Source: Macrostomum lignano
Taxonomy: Eukaryota
Reading direction: 5' to 3'
Assembly: GCA_002269645.1 (NCBI GenBank)
Contig: NIVC01003195.1
Location: 48,632-112,631, forward strand
Length of the DNA stretch: 64,000 nucleotides
In this document: positions 13,148 to 24,900 of the stretch, piece after piece
Numbering within the stretch: the stretch's first letter is position 1
How the letters are laid out: each line of letters opens with the position of its first letter
The notes under the pieces: generated by a model
Database searches by the model: none
What the model saw: the letters and a program-made list of their open reading frames with translations, nothing else
Told to the model about the DNA's origin: nothing
Made by a program: the position numbers and the translations under genes

Positions 13148-13982
13148 GATTGCTGTACGGAAAGCGCTGAACAAATATAAATAAGATTGTTGAAGAAATA
13201 TTGCAATTTATGTGAATGTACAAGACATCTATCTGCTTGGACTTGATTGGATGTCTGTTCTGATCTATTCAATGATTACGTACCATCTTACGTACTTAAT
13301 GATTTACATTAAGTTCTAGTTTACATTCATCGAAGTTCTTTTGATCACTATATCCATGTACATATGTATATCATAAAAAATGGACGACTATATAGTGCAA
13401 GTATAATAAGACGTTACGTTCGCATCTTTTAGTGCATTTATAGTATACAAATTATAGTTCATACATGTACGTAATATGTAGAGCAAAATACATAAAATGG
13501 TTAAAAAAATAAAAAACACAAAATTTATTTTAGAATTGTTCGCAGAGTACATGCATAAATGAATCCTTTGTACATGTACGTACATGCTTGGGCAATTAAA
13601 TGTAAGAAATAAAACATGATTATGCATGCAATTCATACTCAATTAGTAAACAGTAAATTCTAATGTATATATTCCTAATCTTACAGCAAAATTTGTCGAC
13701 AAATAAAATTCTTAGTTAGCAAGTGAGAAAAGAGGAAGTTGCATAATTCTAACACGAGAAATGAATAAAATTTTGCCGGTTCTTCGTACATGCATGTTCA
13801 GTAACAAAAAACTTTTATTTGCGCACAGGATGTCCCGGGAAAATTAAGTGTGCTTAGAATTAAAGTTCAATTAGCTAATACGTTGAACGCAGTACGTTGA
13901 TGATTCTTTTTTAATCCAAATTAAAAATATGGAAAAACTACAAGTAAATGTACTATACATGCAGTTCTATAGTTCTCACTGC

Positions 13983-15350
13983 TTACCTGCCGTCCAATAG
14001 CCAGAGCAGCGCTGGCACCCCGAATTGGGTAAAATGAAAGAAGGCAATTAGAAGCAGAAAGCCGAACGCCAGGTGCAAATACTCGGCGCGCACATGTAGC
14101 AGCTCCACGATGGTGCCAAACACGTAGCCGGAGCCCCAGATTCCCATGAATATGCCGACTAAGACAGTCCGCGATGAAGCGAATCCAGACCGGTAAGCCA
14201 CCTCAATGGCCGTGGAGATCGCAAACGCTTCGCCGATTGCGTGGAAAAAATTCACAGCAACGGATGCAACCCAGATAAGACTTGTCTGCCCCAACAGTTT
14301 AGTTGAGGGCGTCACCAGGTGACCGAACGCGGTGGCGGCGATTCCAATGACAATGCGGATGTCGGGTTGGGTTCGCACCGCACTGAACGCACGAGTTGCC
14401 AGGATCAGAATTAGCATCGCCGCTACCAGGCAAACAGAGTAGCAGAGCAGCAGGAAATCGCGACTCAGTCTGAACTGCTCAGAGCTCAATTTTTGAACAA
14501 TTTTAGCCAATTCAGACACGCTTAGAGTAAAATAACCGAGCAGCACACTTGAGGACAGCAGTATAAGGGGCACAGAAATAATCATTAGGCGCCTCGCTCT
14601 GCTCCAGCCTGGCAGCTCGAAGACGCTCCGATTCCTGCCGGGCCGGTCAGCCGCGCCGCCAAAGGCCAGCAGCAGCAGCAGCACGGCTGTAGTTGGGACG
14701 CATGCAAAACCAAGCGGATACTTTAACTTAACCGATACAAAAGCCAGCAGGTAGCCAATCACCTGGCCAACCGCCTCCCACAGGTAGTACAACTGGCATA
14801 CGTAGCCAACAGAGAATGCCTGTAGACCGGATTCGATGGTGAGCACAAACAGGCAGGGCCTGAGAATTCCCGAAGCGACTACCAGAACAACCTCGCAGGT
14901 GTAGGCGAGGCCCAAGCTGCACAGAGCAGGCCAGTGCACCAGGCCCACGAGCAGCCAGGCTCCGATGTGGTAAACCAAGCAGCCGAAGGCCAGCGTCTTG
15001 GCGCAACCGAAAAACCTATCGGCAACGACGCCGCCAAGCACTGGCAGCAGGAATGACAGGCACTGCGGCAGCTGCAGGTTCAAGGCAGCCCACCATGGAT
15101 CGTTGGGGACGACGCCTTGCAAAGCGCCGCAGTACGGCAGGCTGCAGTTGCCAGCGTTGACCACCGTTGCCATGTAGTTGTAGTACGTGCACCGCTCCAC
15201 TGAGAACATGGCCAGCAGGGACAACAGAGGGCGCCATCTAAACGACGACGCTTGCTGCTGATCTGACTGGCCTGAGTTCTGCAGGTGATTTTCGTTGCGA
15301 CCACCTCCGTAGATTGGGTCGGCTTCTTCTGCAGTTGCAGCCATGGCCAA
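13983..15350 (-). CDS. MFS transporter, proton-dependent oligopeptide transporter (POT/PTR2/SLC15)-like, 455 aa, single exon as read
   Basis: Multiple hydrophobic TM segments. FSVERCTYY resembles the ExxERFxYY motif and LGGVVADRFFGCAKT resembles the PTR2/MFS loop motif. The ORF stop coincides with a donor-like AG|GTAAGC, so a further exon is possible. Confidence 0.72.
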   Translation of the reverse strand: MAMAATAEEADPIYGGGRNENHLQNSGQSDQQQASSFRWRPLLSLLAMFSVERCTYYNYMATVVNAGNCSLPYCGALQGVVPNDPWWAALNLQLPQCLSFLLPVLGGVVADRFFGCAKTLAFGCLVYHIGAWLLVGLVHWPALCSLGLAYTCEVVLVVASGILRPCLFVLTIESGLQAFSVGYVCQLYYLWEAVGQVIGYLLAFVSVKLKYPLGFACVPTTAVLLLLLAFGGAADRPGRNRSVFELPGWSRARRLMIISVPLILLSSSVLLGYFTLSVSELAKIVQKLSSEQFRLSRDFLLLCYSVCLVAAMLILILATRAFSAVRTQPDIRIVIGIAATAFGHLVTPSTKLLGQTSLIWVASVAVNFFHAIGEAFAISTAIEVAYRSGFASSRTVLVGIFMGIWGSGYVFGTIVELLHVRAEYLHLAFGFLLLIAFFHFTQFGVPALLWLLDGR

Positions 15351-15593
15351 ATTCGGTTTGGCTTAACTTTTGGAATAGCTCGTAGAGTGTAACAAACTTG
15401 AAAACTAAAACATACGGACCAGCAATAAAAGCGGCTGTCAAAAATCTCTTGTTAAGCTAAACACGCATCTGTGGCTGCCTTATCTTTTATCAAGCCCTAT
15501 GTACATTATTTGCATAAGCGAAAACCAGCACCTTCTAGAAAGCATCCGCAAACTTATTTAGAAAATTTATTTGGCAACATTTTTCGCGCACAA

Positions 15594-15906
15594 AAAGGGC
15601 CTGTCAACTTCAGCTCATAAAGTGGAGCCCGAGTAACTTATCTACACAAATAAATGTCATTCTGCTCACAATTGGACTTAGGATAGATGAGGACAAGCAA
15701 GCTAGAGGGAGTTTTATAGACTCTTACTTTATGAGCTCAAGTTAACATTGTACCTAATTATCCCCGTGCTTTTTCTCCCAAGTCTAATTTTTGTCGCTTT
15801 TTTCCCAAAACGGGCTTTCTGGTGTCACTGTGAGAAGAATGACGTATCATTTGTGTACATAGGTTACTCGGGCTCCACTTTATGAGCTTCAGTTGACAGG
15901 CCCTTT
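15594..15906. mobile_element. MITE-like element, ~313 bp, with ~45-bp terminal inverted repeats
   Basis: The left end AAAGGGCCTGTCAACTTCAGCTCATAAAGTGGAGCCCGAGTAAC matches the reverse complement of 15863-15906 with 2 mismatches. No internal ORF and no clear TSD. Confidence 0.8.
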
Positions 15907-16181
15907 GACGGCCAAACCTACTAGCGAGAGAGTTTTAAAGATTTACGAGTAAAATGCAGCGCATTGAAAACGTACAAAGCGATAAAGTAGACATACTAAT
16001 AAACAAGTGCACGTACACGTACGCTCTTAAGTATCGTTTGTCAGGCATGCTGCCAGGGACCAATGGGGTCCCTGGGCTGGCTAAAGTACATATAGAGCTG
16101 ATTCCAGTGGCTATGGCGTCTATCGGCGCTGATGTCTCCCTCAAAATGGATGGTGCCCGCTTAAATAAAATCTCTTGGATG

Positions 16182-16975
16182 AAATGGCGCTCTATCAAAT
16201 GAACCGGTCGTCTCTTGGATGAAATGGCGCTCTATTAATGAACCGGTTCTCTCTTAGATGAAATGGCGCTCTATCAAATGAGCCGGTCGTCTCTTAGATG
16301 AAATGGCGCTCTATCAAATGAGCCGGTCGTCTCTTAGATGAAATGGCGCTCTATCAAATGAACCGGTTCTCTCTTAGATGAAATGGCGCTCTATTAATGA
16401 ACCGGTTCTCTCTTAGATGAAATGGCGCTCTATCAAATGAGCCGGTCCTCTCTTAGATGAAATGGCGCTCTATCAAATGAGCCGGTCCTCTCTTAGATGA
16501 AATGGCGCTCTATCAAATGAACCGGTTCTCTCTTAGATGAAATGGCGCTCTATCAAATGAACCGGTCGTCTCTTAGATGAAATGGCGCTCTATCAAATGA
16601 ACCGGTCCTCTCTTAGATGAAATGGCGCTCTATCAAATGAACCGGTCCTCTCTTAGATGAAATGGCGCTCTATCAAATGAACCGGTCCTCTCTTAGATGA
16701 AATGGCGCTCTATCAAATGAACCGGTCCTCTCTTAGATGAAATGGCGCTCTATCAAATGAACCGGTCCTCTCTTAGATGAAATGGCGCTCTATCAAATGA
16801 ACCGGTCCTCTCTTAGATGAAATGGCGCTCTATCAAATGAACCGGTCCTCTCTTAGATGAAATGGCGCTCTATCAAATGAACCGGTCCTCTCTTAGATGA
16901 AATGGCGCTCTATCAAATGAACCGGTTCTCTCTTAGATGAAATGGCGCTCTATCAAATGAACCGGTCCTCTCTTA
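16182..16975. repeat. 40-bp minisatellite (CTCTTAGATGAAATGGCGCTCTATCAAATGAACCGGTCCT), about 20 copies
   Basis: Direct tandem copies. Confidence 0.97.
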
Positions 16976-17964
16976 AGAGTAATAAAGTACAATAAAGGCA
17001 AAATAAAATGTTTAGCGAGGCAACAGCAATTGGAATAAAACAGCATCCAAAAATAGATGATGGGGGCCCGTTTATTTGAATATTAGTACGGTCATATTAC
17101 TACTATTAGTAATGTAACCGTACAGTTAAGTTTATGGATGGAAAATTACATTACAAATTCAAATAGAACCTGGATAAATAAGATGAATATTAATAAAACT
17201 GATTAGTTAACAAGCCATACTAAAGTGATGCTTGGATTTATTCACTACTGTTTAGCGCAATTTAAAAGACAAAGAATTAAGGTAGTAGACCGTCTAAGTA
17301 TTATAATATCTGTTGGCTTCGATTAAACAAAGAGAATTTATCCATATGGATAAGACTACACTAAGTTTGAAGACTCAATTGCGTCCTATATTAGCTATCA
17401 GAATGACAGAATACGACCCCTAGTTTGATTTCTACATAGGAAATATTAATGACAATAAATAGCGGATGGGGAACACGAGAAGAAGGGGGCGGCAGTTGAT
17501 GGAGAGAAGTTCAGCAGCTTTATATTAAATTTTACACTTTACACGCGTCTGTGTAGCGGATATTATAATTACTAATAAAAATAGTGTTATAGATTAAGTA
17601 TATAGATTTGAGAAATTTATTTAGGTAAAAACAATTTGGCGAGTGTTGATTTTTGGGGGTGCGGAGTTCTGCGCGCAAGCACACGGAGTGGTCAATCACT
17701 GGGGTTAGGCTGTGTTAGCAGCAGCATTAATCAGGCTGCGAAATTGTCCCTGTAAGTCTTTTCTATTAGCATCTGCTATTTCGTAGTCACACAGAGCTGG
17801 CTAGGAGCGCTTGGCCGATTGTCAGTTGATTGTTGGATCGGAACCAAGCAAGCCTTGTTGCTGCTTACAGTCGTAAGGGCTGAAATGTGATGTTGATCAT
17901 TTTTTCCTTAGGTTGGGCTCTTTTTGGAAGTTGGTATGTTGCTAAGGTTGGCCACTGATTGATA

Positions 17965-18467
17965 AGGCTGGGGACTGGTTACAAAGGCTGGACACTGGTT
18001 GCTAAGGCTGGACACTGGTTGCTAAGGCTGGACACTGGTTACTAAGGCTGGACACTGGTTACTAAGGCTGGACAAGGCTGGACACTGGTTGCTAAGGCTG
18101 GACACTGGTTACTAAGGCTGGACACTGGTTGCTAAGGCTGGACAAGGCTGGACACTGGTTGCTAAGGCTGGACACTGGTTAATTACTAAGGCTGGACACT
18201 GGTTGCTAAGGCTGGACACTGGTTAATTACTAAGGCTGGACACTGGTTGCTAAGGCTGGACAAGGCTGGACACTGGTTGCTAAGGCTGGACACTGGTTGC
18301 TAAGACTGGGAATCGGTTGCTAAGGCTGGGGACTAGTTGCCAAGGCTGGCGACTGGTTGCCAAGGCTGGGGATTGGTTGCTAAGGATAGGCATCGGTTGC
18401 TAAGACTGGGCATCGGATGCTAAGACTAGGCATCGGTTGCTAAGGCCGGGGACTGGTTGCTAAGGCT
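17965..18467. repeat. 20-bp minisatellite (GCTAAGGCTGGACACTGGTT), downstream of UPF1
   Basis: Direct tandem copies that degenerate toward the right. Confidence 0.93.
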
Positions 18468-18903
18468 TATTTTAAGAGTGATTAGTTGTTCACTTGTGAA
18501 TTAAATGGTAAAGGATTAAAAAAATTGTAATAAGCTGACTCACCAAGAACCTTTGCTCACGTTAAGAAACGAGTTACAAGCCAAGCCAGTGCTGACTGAA
18601 CAAGCGCTGTCAGACATTTTAGCAGAACCGCCGCAAATAATGAAAAAAAGTCGAAAAAAAGAAATCAATCATCAGTCATCGGGAGTTCTTCTTTCCAGGG
18701 CTCGCCGCTTGAAACCTCCGACCGAACTTCGGGCGTTTTTAGTACCTCGCAAACAAAGCTCCCCCTGCAGTCACGTCTAGCTATATATAGAAAGAAAACT
18801 ACCTCAGCCAGTTGCGCCAGCCGACGCCTAACAAGAACAGATTATTGCTGAACGCCGATTTGGGGTTGCAAGCGCCTTTCCAATTGCATGGTTGCGAACA
18901 AAC

Positions 18904-21900
18904 TCAGAACTGGGACAGCGGAGCGTGCTGGCTCAGGCCAGCCTGGCTAGCCTGCCGATCGCCCTGATAGGCCGAGTCCTGGCTAAGCATGGCGTCCGCT
19001 TGCGATTGGCCCGGATTATGCTGGCTTCTCCCGCCAGCTGCGTACGAGTCCTGGCTGAAACCGACGCCGATGCCGCTGCCGCCGCCGCCGACAGTCTGGG
19101 AGAAACCGGCCAGACTCAGGCCTAGCTGAGACTGCGGCTGAGTCAGCATCTGCGATGCGCCCGACATGTCAGAGCCAGTGGCGCGCGGCTGCGCCGGACC
19201 GGCCTGTCGTTGATGACGCTGGCCTCGATTAGGCGGCGGCATGGGCGGCCCGCCTGGGTATTGCGACACGGCGTAGGCGCTCGGATGCACCTGTTGCATT
19301 AGCAGGCCAACCGGGATGGGCAGGTTGAGGCCGGCGGCCGCCTGATAGGCCCGGTGCGACCCGATCATGGCGATCGGATCGTGCGGCCGCGGCGCGTACG
19401 GCCCGCCGCCGCCGCGGGATGGCGGGGTCCCTGCTGGTAATGCGAAGGACCGGACAGGCCGCCGGGGTAGCCACCGGAGTAGCCACCGCCCCCACCGCCG
19501 CCGCTGCCGCCTGGTCCTCCGGAGAAGCCGAAATATTCGCGCGCGTCGAACATTGTGGAGTTCATGAATCTGGGAAAGAAATGATGGAGCAATGATGTCT
19601 GACAGACTCTGGCTACATTTTTCAAATAGGAACACCAATCCATTTTTCGCCCGTGGAACTACCAAGGGAGGGGGGAATTCCACCCCCCTCTCTGGCCTGT
19701 CAAGATATTCAACGATTCTGCCAGAAGGTCGGATTTACAGCCCTGTGCGCCAATTAGCACTGCGCCTCAGTGCAGCCTTGCCAAGCCTCCAAATTTAATC
19801 AGCTCGTCGAACACACGTGTCTGCATCAGCCCTGACTTCGTTGGTCACTGGCCTTCAGCCAGGTGGAGCTTCTGAACATTCAACAGGTGACACCAGGTGA
19901 CTATGGACACGCTGCAGCGAACTCCTCTAGTTTCGCTGATCAAGCCGACAGTGGGCATTTACTGGGCAACCCTCAACTGCTGGTACCCCCCCCCCCCTAG
20001 AAGTTCTACTGTTAATTCGCAGCGTGGTTAGTGCACGAAAATTGGGTTTGGGGCTTCTCGTGAGATTCCCACTGATGAGAACCGAAGCTCTAAGGCATAG
20101 AGGGTGTAGGGAGCATCAAACGTACAGTTTTGTATAATACAGTAATAAAGTTTGATTACCTTCCGCCCGGATTGGCCTGATTAATGAGCTTCTTAGGCTT
20201 AGGAAATTGCATCAGCGACTCTTTCAGATTGTTTAGCGGGCCTTCGGTTAATACGCGCAACTCTTTGTAGCTGACAAGCAGATGATGCCAGAGAGGCTGC
20301 TTAGACAGCACCTTCGGATTGCCGATGATCACCAGGCCGTACTTGGCCCGGGTCAGAGCTACGTTGAGTCGGCGAGGATCGTTCAAGAAGCCGATGCCCT
20401 GGTGCTCGTTGGCGCGAACGCAGGACAATATGATGAAATCCTTCTCCCTGCCCTGGAATGCATCCACGCTGGCCACCTCGATCTCTAAGTAGACTTTCGC
20501 GTTCAGGGTGGCGTTGTATTGAAAGTACTGGGCCAGGTAGGCGCGCTGGCCTTCGTAGGGCGTGATGACGCCAATGGCCGTGGGATCGATACCGGACTTG
20601 AGCAGCCTGGTAACCACCTGCGGATTATGGAATTAAACTTAGTTTACATTTATTGAACTGTCATTACAGTAAGAGGAGACACAGAGGCAGGAGCTGGAAC
20701 AGGTAAGAGGAGACACAAAGACAGGAGCTAGAATAGGTGAGAGGAGACACAAAGACAGGAGCTGGAACAGGTAAGAGGAGACACAAAGACAGGAGCTAGA
20801 ATAGGTGAGAGGAGACACAAAGACAGGAGCTGGAACAGGTAAGAGGAGACACAAAGACAGGAGCTAGAACAGGTGAGAAGACACAAAGACGGAGATCCGT
20901 CATGCACCGTCATGCATAGTCAGACATAGTCAGCATAGTCAGACAAGATACGCAACTGGGACAATAAACAACTGACGGATGCCACCAACCTTCTCCACAT
21001 TGGCAGCCTCGGTTCGATTCAGATAAGACGTGCCAGAGCCGGCAATTTCCTCTTGTCCGGCTGTACAATAAAACATCAGAGGCTTGTCCGGCTGCGGCCA
21101 GGGAAAATCTAAGCCTGGGTAGGCTCGGTCCTGGGCTGTGACGCCGTTCTGCAGGCTGCCTTCGTAGAAAATGTTGGACGGGAAGGCGGACAGGGCCGGG
21201 TGCATGCGGTATTGCACCTGAAAGCGGGGTAAGTGGATATGGGGACTGTGAGGGTTTCCATACTCGGAAGTGTACCCTAGACTCGCAATTCTGCCCATTC
21301 CGCCGACTCCTGAGCATATGTGTACATGAATGATGCTTCTGCAAAAATCTCACCTGCAATCGGATAGGCCTGGTGCCCAGCACTACCAGCCGTTCAAACA
21401 GAGACTGACTGAGCCCGGCAGCGGCTGACCGCTTGCACATGACAACTGGGCCGAGCTGGCAGTGATCGCCAACCAGCACCAGCTGCCGGCAGCCTGTCAC
21501 AATGGGTATCATGCACTCGGGCTCAGTAGACTGAGTAGACTCGTCAATCAATACGCAGCGGAATTGTAGACGGGCAATACGAGGATCCCCAGCTCCAACG
21601 CAGGTGCAGCAGACCACATCAGCAACGGCTAGCAGTTCCCGCTCGCACTGACGCCTCAGCTGTCTGTAGCGCTTCTCGTCTGCCAGAGCCAATTCGCCCG
21701 CCTCGTCTTTCAACTGCTGAAGCTTCTTTAATTCGGGAAATCCCTCAACATTGCGAGCCTGCTCGTGCAGCGACAGATAGGAGACCGGACTGTCGATTGC
21801 TTCGCGCGATTTAGCGCACAGCCTGACCACTTTTAGGCCGGTCTTGTGAATCTTCTCAGTCAGCTGGTCAACTGCTATGTTGCTCGGGGCGCACACCAGC

Positions 21901-24900
21901 ACCTGGCCTTGGTTGAGCTTGGACAGGTGGTATACTATTGTAGCCGAGGTTAGAGTCTTGCCCGTGCCTGGCGGGCCTTGAATAAGGCTTAGCGGTCGCT
22001 GCAGAACAGTCTTGACAGCGTAAACCTGATCCGAAGTGGGGTTGGCACAGCTTGTTAAACACCTGCCCAATTCTAAGGTAAACAATTATTCCAATTAAAA
22101 AACTATTGCCAATAATAGAATATCGTAGAATATATAACAGAATATAGCCAGTCTCCAGGTAAAACACACCTGATCAGACTCCCATCAAAGCCAGTCCCCA
22201 GGTAAAACACACCTGATCAGACTCCCACCAAAGCCAGTCCCCAGGTAAAACACACCTGATCAGAACTGCCATCAAAGCCAGTCCCCAGGTAAAACACACC
22301 TGATCAGAACTCCCATCAAAGCCACTCCCCAGGTAAAACACACCTGATCAGAACTGCCATCAAAGCCACTCCCCAGGTAAAACACACCTGATCAGAACTG
22401 CCATCAAAGCCAGTCCCCAGGTAAAACACACCTGATCAGAACTGCCACCAAAGACAGTCCCCAGGTAAAACACACCTGATCAGAACTGCCACCAAAGCCA
22501 GTCCCCAGGTAAAACACACCTGATCAGAACTGCCACCAAAGCCAGTCCCCAGGTAAAACACACCTGATCAGAACTGCCACCAAAGACAGTCCCCAGGTAA
22601 AACACACCTGATCAGAACTGCCACCAAAGCCAGTCCCCAGGTAAAACACACCTGATCAGAACTGCCACCAAAGCCAGTCCCCAGGTAAAACACACCTGAT
22701 CAGAACTGCCACCAAAGACAGTCCCCAGGTAAAACACACCTGATCATAACTGCCAACAAAGCCACTCCCCAGGTAAAACACACCTGATCAGAACTGCCAA
22801 CAAAGCCAGTCCCCAGGTAAAACACACCTGATCAGAACTGCCATCAAAGCCAGTCCCCAGGTAAAACACACCTGATCAGAACTGCCACCAAAGACAGTCT
22901 CCAGGTAAAACACACCTGATCAGAACTGCCATCAAAGCCAGTCCCCAGGTAAAACACACCTGATCAGAACTCCCATCAAAGCCACTCCCCAGGTAAAACA
23001 CACCTGATCAGAACTGCCATCAAAGCCACTCCCCAGGTAAAACACACCTGATCAGAACTGCCATCAAAGCCAGTCCCCAGGTAAAACACACCTGATCAGA
23101 ACTGCCACCAAAGCCAGTCCCCAGGTAAAACACACCTGATCAGAACTGCCACCAAAGCCAGTCCCCAGGTAAAACACACCTGATCAGAACTGCCACCAAA
23201 GCCAGTCCCCAGGTAAAACACACCTGATCAGAACTGCCACCAAAGACAGTCCCCAGGTAAAACACACCTGATCAGAACTGCCAACAAAGCCACTCCCCAG
23301 GTAAAACACACCTGATCAGAACTGCCAACAAAGCCAGTCCCCAGGTAAAACACACCTGATCAGAACTGCCATCAAAGCCAGTCCCCAGGTAAAACACACC
23401 TGATCAGAACTGCCACCAAAGACAGTCTCCAGGTAAAACACACCTGATCAGAACTGCCATCAAAGCCAGTCCCCAGGTAAAACACACCTGATCAGAACTG
23501 CCATCAAAGCCACTCCCCAGGTAAAACACACCTGATCAGAACTGCCATCAAAGCCAGTCCCCAGGTAAAACACACCTGATCAGAACTGCCATCAAAGCCA
23601 CTCCCAGGTAAAACACACCTGATCAGAACTGCCACCAAACCCAGTCCCCAGGTAAAACACACCTGATCAGAACTGCCATCAAAGCCACTCCCCAGGTAAA
23701 ACACACCTGATCAGAACTGCCATCAAAGCCAGTCCCCAGGTAAAACACACCTGATCAGAACTGCCATCAAAGCCAGTCCCCAGGTAAAACTCACCTGACT
23801 GTGATTGAGCTCAGGCAGACCAGGTGCAGAGAACCGCTTAGGCAGTTGGCACTTGAACACAATATCGTCAGTGTCGTGCCCAAGCAGTTTGTGATAGATA
23901 TGAGAAGTGACGCAGTGCTCATCGACGGCAAACTTTTTTAGGGCCGATTGCATTCGATCGAAGCTGATGCTTTTCCAAACGTATTCTACCGCGAAATTGT
24001 GCTGGCATTCTATCGGCGTGCCGGCGTTGTTCTTCAACTCGATGGCCACATCGTCGCTGTGATTGTCGGGTATCTTGATGACGTTTCCGACGCCAACCCA
24101 AGGCTTGGCCGAGTCGCCCATATAGCGAAGTCGCAGCTCGTCGCCGTGCATAATTTTTAATTCTTCGTTAGCGCGAGAAAATTGAAAATAGGCTATTCGC
24201 TTTTTATTGAGGCCCATGTCCCAGCGCACGCTGATGCTTTCCTGAGTCTGAGACTCCTTCAGCCGGCGGTCGTACTCTGCCTCCAGTTTAACTAGCGGGC
24301 CCAGTATGTTCTGATACTGATAGGCATCCTGGTAGCGCAGCGTCACCCGATTCGGCTCCTCGTCTACGCCCGGCTTCTCCAGATCCTCTAGCGTGGCGGC
24401 CGGGTTGCTTTTCCACAGTTCCTCCAGCTTGTTCATCTGGGCGGCGCTCATCTGCCTGGCCCGCATCTGCTCCTCCGACGAGGGCACCTTCACCTGCGGA
24501 TCGTAGGGTGGGGTCGGATCAGTGTGACAGTTGGTGGACAAGCATGTCAATCAGTGACAGCTGGTGGACAAGCATGTCAATCAGTGTGACAGCTGGTGGA
24601 CAAGCATGTCAATCAGTGTGACAGCTGGTGGACAAGCATGTCAATCAGTGTGACAGCTGGTGGACAAGCATGTCAATCAGTGTGACAGCTGGTGGACAAG
24701 CATGTCAATCAGTGTGACAGCTGGTGGACAAGCATGTCAATCAGTGTGACAGCTGGTGGACAAGCATGTCAATCAGTGTGACAGCTGGTGGACAAGCATG
24801 TCAATCAGTGTGACAGCTGGTGGACAAGCATGTCAATCAGTGTGACAGCTGGTGGACAAGCATGTCAATCAGTGTGACAGCTGGTGGACAAGCATGTCAA

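Noticed and set aside
17369-17380. GAAGACTCAATT, recalled as part of a flatworm spliced-leader sequence
   Set aside because: The match is only 12 nt, with no following GT donor or Sm site. Chance is likely and my recollection of the SL sequence is unverified.
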